From an uncultured Planctomycetota bacterium (GTDB taxonomy: Bacteria > Planctomycetota > Planctomycetia > Isosphaerales > Isosphaeraceae), in assembly GCA_963845755.1 (NCBI GenBank), contig CAWJTV010000029.1, positions 128,001-192,000 on the forward strand: 64,000 nucleotides of DNA, in the 5' to 3' direction. Shown here in pieces: positions 23,849-35,048 of the stretch. The notes under the pieces were generated by a model. The model had not been told where the DNA came from. It saw only the letters and a program-made list of their open reading frames with translations, and ran no database searches. The position numbers and the translations under genes are program-made. Position 1 is the stretch's first letter. The number at the start of each line of letters is the position of its first letter.

Positions 23849-25003
23849 CACCTCGACATCGGGACCAGTCCAAGTCGCCGACTCCAGCACCGTTCCTGCT
23901 GAATCGAACGCGCGTGGCAGATGGCGGAGGACTCGCCGCTGGCGAACACCGTCAAAACGGGCTCTCCGGCCTCGACGATCGTCCCGGGACCGGGGACGTC
24001 GGCGATCGAGGGTACGGCGAAGAGGTCCTCGAGTCCATCGGGGTCGATCCCCGCCGGCACGACGAGACGCCGCGAAGCATAGATCACGCGCTTGGCGATC
24101 ACGCGCGTGGGGCCGGGTTCCGGAGGAGCGGGGCCAGCGTGGAAACTCCCGGCTCCCTCACAGGCGCGACGATGCTCCTCCATCAGCGAGCGACCCGACG
24201 CCAGCTCGTGGATCTCGAGCGAGGCCGTATACGCGCGGGTTGACCTCGACCGGCCAGGGGATGCCATCTCGCAGGACGTAATCCACGCCGAACCACCCGA
24301 CGAGATTGTAGGCGGCCACCAGCCGGTTCCCCAGCGCCTTGAGGCGTTCCGCCAGTTCGGGAACGATCGGACACGGCCCGATGCTCCCCCGATACGCGAA
24401 CGGATGACCCGGAATGCCGATCCACTGCCTCGTGATGCCGATCAAGTGTGCCAGGCCGGCGCGGCCGATGAACAAAGCCGAGTAACTGGGCCCGTCCACG
24501 CGCCGCTGAAAGTAGACCGGTAACGAACTCGGCCCGGATTGAGACTTCAGAGGCTCGATCCCGCGCCCTCCTCCCGAGGCCCTGGGCTTGACGAGCCAGC
24601 TCCCATCGCGGGGGAGCCCGGAGGGATCGAGGCGCACCTCGGGCGCCGGGAGGCCGGCCTCATCCAAGGCGCGCGCGACCGCGATGGGGTCACGGACCGC
24701 GCGCAGAACCTCAGCCCCGACGCCCCAGAGTTGATGTCGTCGGGAAATCCGTTCGACGAGGTCCGGATGATTTTCCAATCCCCCTGTGTAGAACCAGGGA
24801 GTTTCTCCCAGAGCACGAGAGAAAGCGTCGGACCACCGCTCGAAAGCCTGATGAGTCTCAGTCCCGACCGGTTCGACCGGGCAGACCGCGGCCAGATCGC
24901 GGTCAGCGAAGCAGTCCACGCAACGCGGACGCAGCCCGCACCGCAACGCGGTGAACGCGGCGGCCCGGGTGCTCACACCCATGATCAAGACATTGTGTGA
25001 CAA
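23848..25003 (-). CDS. ATP-grasp protein of the H4MPT/methanofuran-linked C1 cluster type; frameshift near 24232
   Basis: STRAAA, DCFADRDL, WLVKPRASGGG, FGVD and EVNPR(Y)TASLE motifs; close to fae/mtd. Confidence 0.75.
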
Positions 25004-25123
25004 GGCGGTAACAAAAGGGCCTCGCCAGGCGAGAGATGCCCGGCGAGGCGCATTTCGGGAGGGAGAATCTCACCAGGACACCGTCGATGACAGAATCCGG
25101 GGATGGCGAGGTTGCCGATCCAC

Positions 25124-25474
25124 TCACTCCTCGTTCTTCTCGATCTTCTCGGCCGTGAAGACGAGCTTGCCATCCTCTTCCTTGCAGGTCCCGACGATCT
25201 TCACCTTCGCCGGCTTGTCCTTCTTGGCCCCGCAGAAGCCGATCTTCTGATGGGCGTCCTTGGCGACCTTGTCATGAACGATGTAATACGTCTTCTTCAC
25301 GCCATCTTTCGTCACGATGACGACGTTCTGGCAATCGGTCTTCTCCTTCAGGGCGCACTTGGCGCACATGCCGTCGCCCTTGAGGGTGAGCTTTTCACCC
25401 TTGTCATCCGCCCTCAGCAGACCCACGCTCGAGAACAGAATGCCAACCACCGCGAGCGCCAACAGTTTCCGCAT
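25124..25474 (-). CDS. Small exported Lys-rich protein with CAKC/C/HC motif (DUF6370-like)
   Basis: Signal peptide; GMCAKCALK..DCQN...H...C. Confidence 0.7.
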   Translation of the reverse strand: MRKLLALAVVGILFSSVGLLRADDKGEKLTLKGDGMCAKCALKEKTDCQNVVIVTKDGVKKTYYIVHDKVAKDAHQKIGFCGAKKDKPAKVKIVGTCKEEDGKLVFTAEKIEKNEE

Positions 25475-25765
25475 GATCGTTCTCCAATAAAGGATCAAGA
25501 CTCCAATCACGCACCCGAATCCCTGGGATTGGTGCGACACACCCGATTGTCGAAATGTTATTGAACCACCTCGACCGGGCAAGAACAATCTCTTAGTCCG
25601 CGAAAACCGGCCGAGACCGGCGTGCCGGGTAGCGTGGGGGTTGCCCGCAGCCGCTCCGTCGTCGTATGATTCGGGTCCAATATCGTCGTACGCCGCACGG
25701 AGCCCGGGCCGGGGCGAGAGCCGGAGTACGCATCCGCAGATGGCTCAACCACGGAGAACCACACC

Positions 25766-26272
25766 ATGGCCAGCAACATCCTCATGAATGTCGGCGAGGC
25801 CCTCGTTGGAGAGGGGAATGAGATTGCGCACATCGACCTGCTCATCGGCGACAAGACGGGGCCGGTCGGGACGGCGTTCGCCAATGCGCTGGCGAATCAG
25901 TCGGCCGGCCACACCAACCTCCTGGCCGTGCTGACGCCGAACCTGATCGCCAAGCCGGCCACGGTCTTGATCACGAAAGTGACCATCAAGGGGATGAAGC
26001 AGGCCGTGCAGATGTTCGGCCCTGCGCAGTACGCGGTGGCCAAGGCCGTGGCCGACTGCGTCGCGGACAATACGATCCCCGCCGCCCAGGCCGACGACCT
26101 GGTGATCGTCTGCGGCGTCTTCATCCATCCCGACGCGGACGACAACGCCAAGATCCTCAAGTACAACTACGAGGCCACGAAGCTCTCGATCCAGCGCGCC
26201 ATGAAGAGCCTTCCCACGGCGGCCGAGATCACCGCGCAGAAGGATACGGTCAAGCATCCGTTCGCGGGCTGA
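25766..26272 (+). CDS. fae: Formaldehyde-activating enzyme
   Basis: VGEALVGEGNEIAHIDLLIG, QMFGPAQ, GVFIH and C-terminal HPF motifs. Confidence 0.95.
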   Translation: MASNILMNVGEALVGEGNEIAHIDLLIGDKTGPVGTAFANALANQSAGHTNLLAVLTPNLIAKPATVLITKVTIKGMKQAVQMFGPAQYAVAKAVADCVADNTIPAAQADDLVIVCGVFIHPDADDNAKILKYNYEATKLSIQRAMKSLPTAAEITAQKDTVKHPFAG

Positions 26273-26444
26273 CCGCGACCCGGGAACCACGCGGCGCCGA
26301 TCCTTCGGACGGGCGGGCCTCGACCGATCGTCTCGGGCGGAGCCGCCCTCCCTCGCCGCGCGGGGGATGAAAGGGAATCGGATAGAAGATTGAAAATTCA
26401 AGATTCCATCAAGGTAATACCTTGTGCAGACGGGGTTTTTCGGA

Positions 26445-26521
26445 TTTCTCTGATCTCGAAATCTCGAATCTCTGAATCTCGAATCTCTGAATCTCGAATC
26501 TCGAATCCTGAATCGAGAATC
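26445..26521. repeat. Tandem GAATCTC heptamer array
   Basis: Seen directly between fae and mtd. Confidence 0.8.
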
Positions 26522-26554
26522 GATAGTTCACGGCCTCACGGCGGAGGGTCACCG

Positions 26555-27431
26555 ATGGCCACCATGAAGCCGAAGATCCTGATCCAGCTCGACACCGACC
26601 CCCAGCCCAGCGTCTTCGATGCGGTGGTGGCGGCCGACGCCGGCGCCGACCATCTGTTCCGGCACGGCGGGGTGACCGCGGAGAATGTCCGTGACCTGGT
26701 ATACGGGGCCCTCTTCACGCGCGGGCCGGCCGACCTCGCCGCCACGGCCATCTTCATCGGCGGCTCGAACGTGGCGGCGGGCGAGGCGGTGCTCGGCACG
26801 GTGAAGCAGACCTTCTTCGGGCCGTTTCGGGTCTCGGTCCTCTTCGACGCCAATGGCGCCAACACGACGGCGGCCGCGGCCGTCCTGGCCTGCTTGCAGG
26901 GCCGTGGCGGGTCGCTCCAGGGGGAGGCGGTGGCGGTCCTGGCCGCGACCGGTCCGGTCGGCCAGCGTGCCGCCAGGCTGCTGGCCCGACTGGGGGCGAA
27001 GGTGTCCGTCGGCTCGCGCAGCCTCGAACGCGCGTCGGAGCTCGCCAAATCCCTGCAACAGGCCACCGGTCAAGAGGTGTCCCCTTTCGCCACGACGCGC
27101 GATTCACGATCTGAGCAAGGCGCTGCGGGACAAGTCGGTCCTCATCAGCGCGGGCGCCGCGGGCGTCTCGATCCTGCCGGCTTCGGTCTGGAAGGCGTTA
27201 CCGGACCTCAAGGTCCTGATCGACCTGAACGCCGTCCCCCCGCTCGGCATCGAGGGAATCGAAGCCGACGACAAGGGGACCGATCGCGGCGGCGTCCATG
27301 CCTGGGGTGCCCTGGGCGTCGGCGGCTCCAAGATGAAGATCCACAAGAAGGCGATCCAGGAACTGTTCACCTCCAACGACAAGGTCTTCGACGCCGAGGA
27401 GGTCCTCGAACTGGGGCGTTCTCTGGGCTGA
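26555..27431 (+). CDS. mtd: NAD(P)-dependent methylene-H4MPT/H4F dehydrogenase (MtdA/MtdC-like); frameshift near 27100
   Basis: LDTDPQPSVFD, GALFTRG, DANGANTTAAAAV, TGPVG, DLNAVPPLG and GALGVGGSKMKIH motifs. Confidence 0.9.
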
Positions 27432-27463
27432 CTGAGACGAGACCGAAACCGCGAGGCATCGCC

Positions 27464-28484
27464 GTGATCCGCGTCGTCGGCAGCGATCCCGGGACGAGCA
27501 GCCTCGACCTCGTCTTGCTCGTCGAGGGTTCGGTCGCCGATCAGGTGCGGTTCCTCCCCGCGCAACTCCGGGACGATCCCGAGATCCTGGCTCGGCAACT
27601 CAATCGATGGTCGCCGCTCGATCTCGTCGCGGCGCCCTCGGGCTACGGATTGCCGTTGGTTCGCGGCGACGCGTTCTCGGACGACCATCTCGATCAGATA
27701 TCGCTGGTCCGGCCGGACGAACGCGGGCGCGATTCCGGAGTCCTCGGCTTCCGGGCCTGGGTCCGCGGCTTTTGTCGGATCCGGCGTGCGCGCTGGTCTT
27801 CCTGCCGGGCGGCCTGCATCTGCCGACGATCCCCGCTCACCGGAAGGCGAATGCGGTCGACCTCGGCACCGCGGACAAGGTGGCCGTCGCCGCCCTGGCG
27901 TTGTGGTTTGACTCCATCGCGTGGGGCGGGTTTGATGTGTCGACTTTCGCGGTCGTCGAGATCGGCTCGGCCTTCTCGGCGATCCTCGTCGTGGACCGGG
28001 GAAGGATCGTCGATGCCTCGGCCGGGACGCGCGGTCCGATCGGGCTGCGTTCGGGAGGCTGCTGGGACGGGGAATTGGCTTACTGGCGGGCTCGGCTCTC
28101 GAAGGACGACCTCTTCCGCGGCGGCCTGGCCGACCTGGGCGCGAGTCGGCCCGGCGGCCATCCGCGAATCGCTGATCAAGCACCTGGCCGGCTTGAAGGC
28201 CGTCACACCCTTCGAGCGAATTTACGTCTCGGGACGTGGCCTGGAAGAGCCCGAGATCGCCCGGATGACGACCGAAGCCCTCGCCCGTTTCGGCGCGAGT
28301 CACCCCCCTGCCCTCGCTCCCCGCCGCCTGGGTCAAGCATGCCGCACAGGGCGCGGCCCTCCTCGCCGATGCCCTGGCCGGCGGCCGGTATGCTCCGCTG
28401 GCCGCATCACTGCAGTTCGCATCGGCTTCGGGGTCGGTCTGGGATGTGGTCCAGCCTCCGGAACCCCCCGACCGTGAAACGTGA
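27464..28484 (+). CDS. DUF1464 family (ASKHA/butyrate-kinase-like) protein; about three frameshifts
   Basis: GSDPGTSSLD, APSGYGLP, DLGTADK, EIGSAF, DGELAY and VKHAAQGAALLADAL motifs across frames. Confidence 0.75.
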
Positions 28485-28523
28485 TCGGGTGCCTCGGGAA
28501 GCCTCGAAGAGAGTCGGCATCCC

Positions 28524-28895
28524 TTATTTCTTGGGCTGCACGAATTTGTTGGGCGTCCCCTCGAGCGGTCCACCCGGCTCGGGCCGCCACAAGACGACCT
28601 CCTCGATCTTGTGGGCCAGGGCGAAATCCTTGTCGGTGATTCCTCCTGCCGAGTGGGTCTTCAATTTGACCCAGACCTTGCCCCACGTGACCGCGAGATC
28701 CGCATGGTGCCAGGCCGCCTCGCACAGGTAGCCGATGGCGTTGACCAGCATCAGGGTGGTCGGCCAACCGTCGGTGTTGTACTTGCGACGGAGCCAGCCA
28801 TCGTCCAGGTTCCATTCTGATAGACCTTCCTCCTGAACCTTCGCAGCAACCTCCTCATCCGTGTAGGTTTTCGGTTTCTGCTTCGGGTCGCTCAC
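28524..28895 (-). CDS. Pterin-4a-carbinolamine dehydratase
   Basis: EAAWHHADL and THSAGGITDKDF motifs. Confidence 0.9.
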   Translation of the reverse strand: MSDPKQKPKTYTDEEVAAKVQEEGLSEWNLDDGWLRRKYNTDGWPTTLMLVNAIGYLCEAAWHHADLAVTWGKVWVKLKTHSAGGITDKDFALAHKIEEVVLWRPEPGGPLEGTPNKFVQPKK

Positions 28896-29037
28896 GGTCA
28901 GCCTCCTTCGCCAATCGGGACGTGAAAAGAACCTTGATCCACGAGTACGGGCTGCGCAGCCGCTTCGAACTCCGGGACCGGGAGACCTGGGACAGACCGC
29001 CGGCTGAGATCCGCAATCCGCCGCCGGTGCTCGATCG

Positions 29038-29859
29038 TCAAGTCCTGCGGACCTTCGAACTCTTCCCTTCCGAGCGAGGTCGCTGCGCGGGCTTCGCCGA
29101 AATCTGCGTCGGACCGACTCCCCAGAGATTCTGGACCAGTTCGTAGGCGACCGGGTCGTGCTTCTTCAGCTCGGAACGGACGAACGGATAGAAGTCATTC
29201 GTCCCGAAGAACGCCTCGGTCGCCTCGGCGAAGTACTCCATCGGATTCGTTGCCGCGTAGGCCTTGTCGTCGCGACCGTTGATCCGCAGCACCTTCTCGT
29301 AAATCTTCGACTTCATGGCTCGATCGTAGGCCGCCTTCACACGCGAGTTCTTGAAGCCGTCATTGAGGAACTGGTGGTGATAGGCGTGGGATAGCTCGTG
29401 CAGGACCATCCACGGCTGTTCGAGGGTCCAATCGAGGAAGGTCCGGGCGTTGGCGAGCTCGACGCATTTCTGTTTGTCCGGATTCATGCCGTGCGCCCTG
29501 AGCCAGGCCGCCTCGGGATGGTACGCCATGCAGGGCGTGTTCGGCTCCTTCTCCTCGACCCAGATCCGAACCTTCCGCAGTTTCTTCACGGCCACGACCG
29601 GGACGCGCCGGACGATCTGATAGAGCTGGTGCTGCAACAGGGTCAACGTGCGGTCGGCCAGGCTGCGACGCCGTTGGAGGAAATCTCGGTTGACCAGGAT
29701 CGTCCATCCTTCGATCGGCCTCGTCTCGTACTGCTCGGAAGTTGCCTTGGTGCGGGCTCGATTCATCGGACCGGGGACCTGGGACTGGACCTGTCCATAC
29801 GATGGACCGAAGAGGAATGCCAATACAAGGGAACACGCGAATGGTCGCTGGAGCGCCAT
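29038..29859 (-). CDS. Secreted zinc metallopeptidase (HExxH with distal E; lethal-factor/MtfA-like)
   Basis: Signal peptide; VLHELSHAYH and YAATNPMEYFAE motifs. Confidence 0.8.
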   Translation of the reverse strand: MALQRPFACSLVLAFLFGPSYGQVQSQVPGPMNRARTKATSEQYETRPIEGWTILVNRDFLQRRRSLADRTLTLLQHQLYQIVRRVPVVAVKKLRKVRIWVEEKEPNTPCMAYHPEAAWLRAHGMNPDKQKCVELANARTFLDWTLEQPWMVLHELSHAYHHQFLNDGFKNSRVKAAYDRAMKSKIYEKVLRINGRDDKAYAATNPMEYFAEATEAFFGTNDFYPFVRSELKKHDPVAYELVQNLWGVGPTQISAKPAQRPRSEGKSSKVRRT

Positions 29860-29960
29860 GGCGGCTCCTGACGATGAGAGATCGGATGAGGAACGGACCG
29901 GAACGCTGAGGGATGAAGGATGAGTGGGATCGGATTCATTCATCCTTCCGCCTTCATCCC

Positions 29961-30770
29961 TCATCCTTTCGAAGGCTCGCCCTTCCGCACTTGCGGCGCC
30001 TTCACCTTGATCATATGGTGGGTCTCCGCCTCGCGACCGATCGCATCCCGGCCCTGGAAGTAATCGCGCTGCCAGTCGTCCCCCTTGACCTGACCCTGGG
30101 CCTTCTGCTGGTGGAATTGCCTCCGCCCCATGTCCCATTCGTGGTAGGCGCGGTAGAGCTCGGGATCGTCGGTGAGCTGCTGGAACGTCACGTCGGCCTG
30201 TTCGAGGTCGGCGCAGATATTGCTCACCAGCGGGATCGTCTGGAAGAGCGGCTCGCCCTGCTCGAAGCGAACCGGCTGTTTCGGAGTCATAATTTTATAA
30301 TTCATCGTGAACGACATGCTGATCCAGTCGCTCTCGATCAGCGCGGTCAGGGGATGGGCGTTGGCCTTGAAGTAGTTCAACGGCCCGCAGACCAGGAGGC
30401 GCGATCCCTGGGGTTTCGTGCGGAAGAGGAAGGGCGTGTTCCAGGTGATGATCCCTTCGCCGAACTGGCTGTTGATCCACTGCGACCAGACCTCGCCCGA
30501 GGTGTCGAATTGGAAGTCGATCGAGCCGGGGTACGTCTCCCCGCGCCACGTCGCCGTGAACCCGACGGGATTCTTGACCCACCATCCCGTCTGATTGGCG
30601 ATCGTCAGCGGCAGGCAGCGGTAGGCATAGCGCTGCGGTGTGTTGTTCATCCACGTCCGCTGCCAGTCCGCCCACGACCACTCCCAGCCCGTCCCATCCG
30701 TGCGGTTCGGCTTCATCATGCTGGCGTCAGCGATCTGGTAGATATGAACCTCGAGCCGCGACTGATCCAT
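29961..30770 (-). CDS. DUF6065 family protein
   Basis: AYRCLPLTIANQTGW, GPLN, IESDW..SFTMN and WQRDYFQG motifs. Confidence 0.8.
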   Translation of the reverse strand: MDQSRLEVHIYQIADASMMKPNRTDGTGWEWSWADWQRTWMNNTPQRYAYRCLPLTIANQTGWWVKNPVGFTATWRGETYPGSIDFQFDTSGEVWSQWINSQFGEGIITWNTPFLFRTKPQGSRLLVCGPLNYFKANAHPLTALIESDWISMSFTMNYKIMTPKQPVRFEQGEPLFQTIPLVSNICADLEQADVTFQQLTDDPELYRAYHEWDMGRRQFHQQKAQGQVKGDDWQRDYFQGRDAIGREAETHHMIKVKAPQVRKGEPSKG

Positions 30771-30996
30771 GGATCGACCCTCGAAATAAGGGATCCCGGA
30801 AATGCCTGGGACATGGCGGAACCTGGCGGCAGGCTCAACGATGTCGCAAGGCGGACCTAGACTAACCTAACCGATCGATCAATTTCGAGCAATCGGGTCA
30901 TGTGGCCGGCACGCGCCCCGGAGAGTCGGCTCGCCGCGAATCGGTCCGCCGGAGGCCACACCGTGCCGATCCTTCGCGTGGCGCGGCTTGAAAGGC

Positions 30997-31819
30997 TCAT
31001 CGTTCATAACCGAAGCGTTCCATGAACTCCGTGATGGTCGAATTCGAGTACACCCTATCGAGTTGCTCATCCGCCAGCGTCGTCCGCCAGTGCGAGATCC
31101 GACTCGGGTCGAAACTCATGTGAATCCCGGTATCGAGATCGATCGTCGTCTGCCAGAGAAATCGGGCCGGGAACGGTCGCCTGAATGACTCCAGGAATCG
31201 CAACGAATGCGGCAGATCGAGGTGGGAATAGACGGTCCGCATCGTCATCTCGGGCCTGGAAAGCAGGTCTTCGTAACGGACGACCAGGATGTTGGGAGAA
31301 TTCAGGTGGGATTTCCAGGCCTGATAATTCTGGATGAGGTTGTCCCATCGTTCGACTTTCAGCTCCGGAGCGACTTCGGACTGGGACTCGATGCTGCCGA
31401 GAATCGCGCGGGTCGCGAACCGTGAAGATCAGCCGGTAGTTCGACGCCAGGTACTGGAGGAGTTCCGGACTTCGAAAGAAATCCGGATCCTTGTCCCCGA
31501 GTGCAAGGATATAGCTCTTCGAATACAATGCGGATAAGAGTGGAGACACCTGAGAAAACCAACTCAAGTAGCTCGCGATGTCGTCCTGCTTCTTCTCGTC
31601 GAGCAATCCGATGGTTTCCTCCAATGTCAGCCCATGGGCGACCATTCGATCGCAGTGAAGCCTCACGAAATAATCCCGGAAGAGCGCCCGATTGATCTCC
31701 GACTCACACAGGCAAATCGCGGCGGGATGATCATCGATGCAGCGGGCCATCAATGACGATCCGGTCCTCAGGGGGCCGACCACGAAGAACAACCCGGCTC
31801 GATAAAGATCGGTATTCAC
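30997..31819 (-). CDS. PAPS-dependent sulfotransferase; frameshift near 31405
   Basis: VVGPLRTGSSL (5'-PSB loop), GDKDP, VRDPR, VRYEDL and C-terminal FMERFGY. Confidence 0.8.
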
Positions 31820-31879
31820 GGGCCCCTCATGCCTCCACGGGATCAGTCATCATCGGTGAGGTCAACGCGACCGCCCCGC

Positions 31880-33819
31880 CTACCAGAAACGATCCGCAAT
31901 CTTTGCACCGGTCGATTCGGCGCCGGGAACTCGACCTTCGAACCCGAGATCCCCGAACGATACGGCCGCCGAGGTCTCGAGCAATTCGACGGATAGCCCC
32001 CAGCCGACCGGCAAGAAGAGCAACTCGGCCGGGTTGAGGAGGCATTCGATCACCTGGGGCTTATCCAAGGCTTCGCCGGCCCCGCCGGAAACCGGGGCAT
32101 CGAGCCCCATCGCGGAAGAGTCCGGGCTCTTGTGCAATAACGGCAGATCCCATGAGGGCGTGACCCGCACCTGCATCTTCCCCATCACGACGGCAAAAAG
32201 TTCAACTCGTGAGATAATAATGCGAGGAGGCGATCGCGCCAGGAGAGCCGAGCCAGAGGGACCCAGGCCAAACGTCGTTCCCATGCAGAAACTCCGTGAA
32301 GGGTCCGATCTCGGACCAGAGACCGGAGAGCTCGTCCCGATTGCGGCGGTCGTTCTCGACGACCCAGCACCGCCGATCCGAGGCGCCGTCGTCCCGGATC
32401 ATCGCGACAAGCTCGGCCATCCTGAGCGTGCGGGGAGGCGGCTCCTCATCGGCCTTGAGATGATCGGCGGCGTAGGGACCGGGGCGTGCCGCGATCGCGC
32501 AGTCGCCGAATCGTCGCGCGAGATCATCCAGGTTCCATCTCTTCAAGGCCGGCCAATCATTCATCATGCCACCGATAATAACAGGTCGGTTCTTGACGAC
32601 GAAGTCCCGGACGAGATCGGTGCGGGTCGGGCGTTCGCGGCGTTCGATCTCCCCCGATCCGGGGTGGAGTTCGACGAACCTTCCGGTACATCGTGAGCAA
32701 CCAGTCGCGCTTCTTCAGGCGGTTTCGTAGGCGCCAGGACCCCTGGAAATAGGGACTGCGCAGAATGCGACGGATCTCCTGATAAGATTCCTCCTCGGAG
32801 TACCCTTTCCCGGCGAGAACTCGCACCATGCTTTCGTGCGAGCCTTCCATCATGAGATTCTCCGCGAGCCATCGGCGCCAAGAGTCGTCCATCTTCCGGC
32901 TGATCGCCCCGGTCGGATTGCCGGCCGCGGTAAACGTGACGACCTCGTCTTCTTCGTCCTGACGATTCTCTTCAAAATACCAGGCAATTTCGCATCGATA
33001 CGACAGTTTGCGTTTCAGGCCCAGCGCGACCGGGTCCGGACGCGTCAACTCCGACGGAGAATCGGCTGCGACCTGGTCATCGAAGAGATGGGGTAATAGC
33101 ACGTTCGCCGCCGTGCCTCGCCGAGCCAGCTCCCCTAACATGCCCTGCGGAAGGTCGGGGAATGGAAAAAGCGTGACCCCTTCAGCTTGTGACAGCCAGT
33201 AGGCATGGATCACATTGAGATGCACCGTATCGGCCTGATTGTTGCCCGGCCGCGTCCCGTACAAGGCATGGATTCGACCGTCGAACCCGTTCCGTGCGAT
33301 CAGCGTCGCGATCTGGTATTCCTTCGCCAGGGTCGGCTTGGGAAACTCGCTCAGCGCCTCCTCCCAGCGTCGGTCATGGTAGCGCACCAGCTCATCTCGG
33401 ATGAGATGGGCCACCGGCTCGACCGCGACCACGCGACGGGCTCCTAACAAGACCCCGAAGATCAAGGCCGCCAGGCCGCCGAGTCCTTCTCCGAAGGTGA
33501 TGATTTCGCTCGGTTCAAGCCCGACGATCATCGATCGAAGCGAGGCCGAGACCGCATCGATGGTCCTGCCGAGCCCGGTCACACCCCGGAAAAAACCCGA
33601 TCGCTCGCTGTCGAAAAGGAAGACCCGGCTGAACGCGGGCGCATGGTGTCTTGCGATGTGCTCGAACAGCTCGGCATGTTCGAACGCACGCCCAGGTTCC
33701 TCGGCCCGCCCGAACACGAAGACGATCGGGGCATTGCGGCCGGCCCACTCGACCATGTATCCCTTGCGGCCACCCACCGTGTCGGGCCCCTCCCTCAGGA
33801 CGACTTCCTGCCTCGTCAC
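31880..33819 (-). CDS. Alpha/beta-hydrolase-like domain, helical domain and degenerate JmjC/cupin domain fusion; two or more frameshifts
   Basis: ORFs 32557-33819, 32202-32567 and 31880-32284 align in order with the 34212 hydrolase and the C-terminal half of the 35336 protein. Confidence 0.7.
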
Positions 33820-33983
33820 AATGGAAATCCTCGCTCGACTTCTTCGGCGGCGGCCGTCTCAACACAAGACCCCGGAACAACGACTCGCCGACTCGGAATT
33901 CGTGAAAGACTCGGAAAAAATCGCGATTGTCGCAAGGGAACCGGGCTCAAGAGGGAGGGTTTCTTCCTGACGCCAGTGGAATC

Positions 33984-34012
33984 CTCGTTCCCATGCACTG
34001 CGTGGGAACGAG
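33984..34012. repeat. REP-like palindrome CTCGTTCCCA-N9-TGGGAACGAG
   Basis: Perfect 10-bp inverted repeat, intergenic. Confidence 0.65.
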
Positions 34013-34211
34013 AGCACCCGGTATCGTTGCGACAGTCTCAAAACATTCGATACTCAAGGTCCAATCAACGCAAGGCCTCACTCGGCGACAACTTGCATCT
34101 ATCTTCAATTTGGCATTTACTATTTTGAATCGATCCCTTCACGGCCTTTCAGCCCGCCCGATGGACCACGAAGCCGAACGATCGAGCCGGCATGACGGGC
34201 CCTGATCGACC

Positions 34212-35048
34212 TTACGAGGCCCGGCAGGCAAAGGTTACGGCTCTGGAATCGTTCCAGTGCCGGTCAGTGCGCAGCAACCGGACGAACAGGTCGTCGAGCT
34301 GCCGATGCTCGGTCAACCACTGGACCACGGCGCGATTCGAATCGGGGTACGGGTGGAGATGGACATTGTGAAGCCGCGACAACCGAAGGGCGTGCATGGC
34401 GTCGAGATTCCCCGAGATGCCGTCGTCACGCCCTGGGTGCGTCCCGAAGACCAGATGGAGTTCCCCTCGAAAATCCACGGCCGCCCCGAGCTGGAGCAGA
34501 TCATCGTAGACAGACCGGGGTGGATCGGCCTCCAACTCCTCCATGACCGCCAGGAAGCGGCGATCGCCATGACAGGCCGCTTCGGAAGCCTTCAGATGGG
34601 ACAGGGTGACGAACGCAACGATCTGGTCCGCGTTCAGGAGCATGCCGAACATGATCGCGCCGTAGCCCCCCATTCCCTGTCCGACGGTGATCACCCGACT
34701 CGGCCGGATCGACCCGATGAGCCCCCTCAGGGTCGCCGCGACCTCATCCACATGGGCTCCCAATCCGGGAATCCCCCTGTGATACCAGGCGTTGACCGTG
34801 TCGCGAATCAGGAGGCGATTGTGCGGGACGTCGATCGATCCTTCCAGCCTCTTCAGGGACGCGAAGAAAGCGAAGGCCGGCAAGTGGTGCCAATCGGCGA
34901 ATGCGAAGCTGATGAACATGGGCTGACCGGGGAAACAACGGTCGATCAGGCACCCGATCTTCGGGTTCCAACGCGCGGTCTCCACCGCGGCGTTCGTGAG
35001 CTCGACCACATCCGAGAGCCTCGTGGCAGTCATGAAGCTGGATCTCAT
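34212..35048 (-). CDS. Alpha/beta-hydrolase-fold protein (elbow GQGMGG, no Ser)
   Basis: RDTVNAWYHRGIPGLG and VITVGQGMGGYGAIMFG motifs; D..HA near the C-terminus. Confidence 0.7.
   Translation of the reverse strand: MRSSFMTATRLSDVVELTNAAVETARWNPKIGCLIDRCFPGQPMFISFAFADWHHLPAFAFFASLKRLEGSIDVPHNRLLIRDTVNAWYHRGIPGLGAHVDEVAATLRGLIGSIRPSRVITVGQGMGGYGAIMFGMLLNADQIVAFVTLSHLKASEAACHGDRRFLAVMEELEADPPRSVYDDLLQLGAAVDFRGELHLVFGTHPGRDDGISGNLDAMHALRLSRLHNVHLHPYPDSNRAVVQWLTEHRQLDDLFVRLLRTDRHWNDSRAVTFACRAS

Noticed and set aside
26390..28477. 695-aa Mtd-DUF1464 fusion
   Set aside because: Artefact of indels. Mtd has its own stop at 27431 and DUF1464 its own GTG at 27464.
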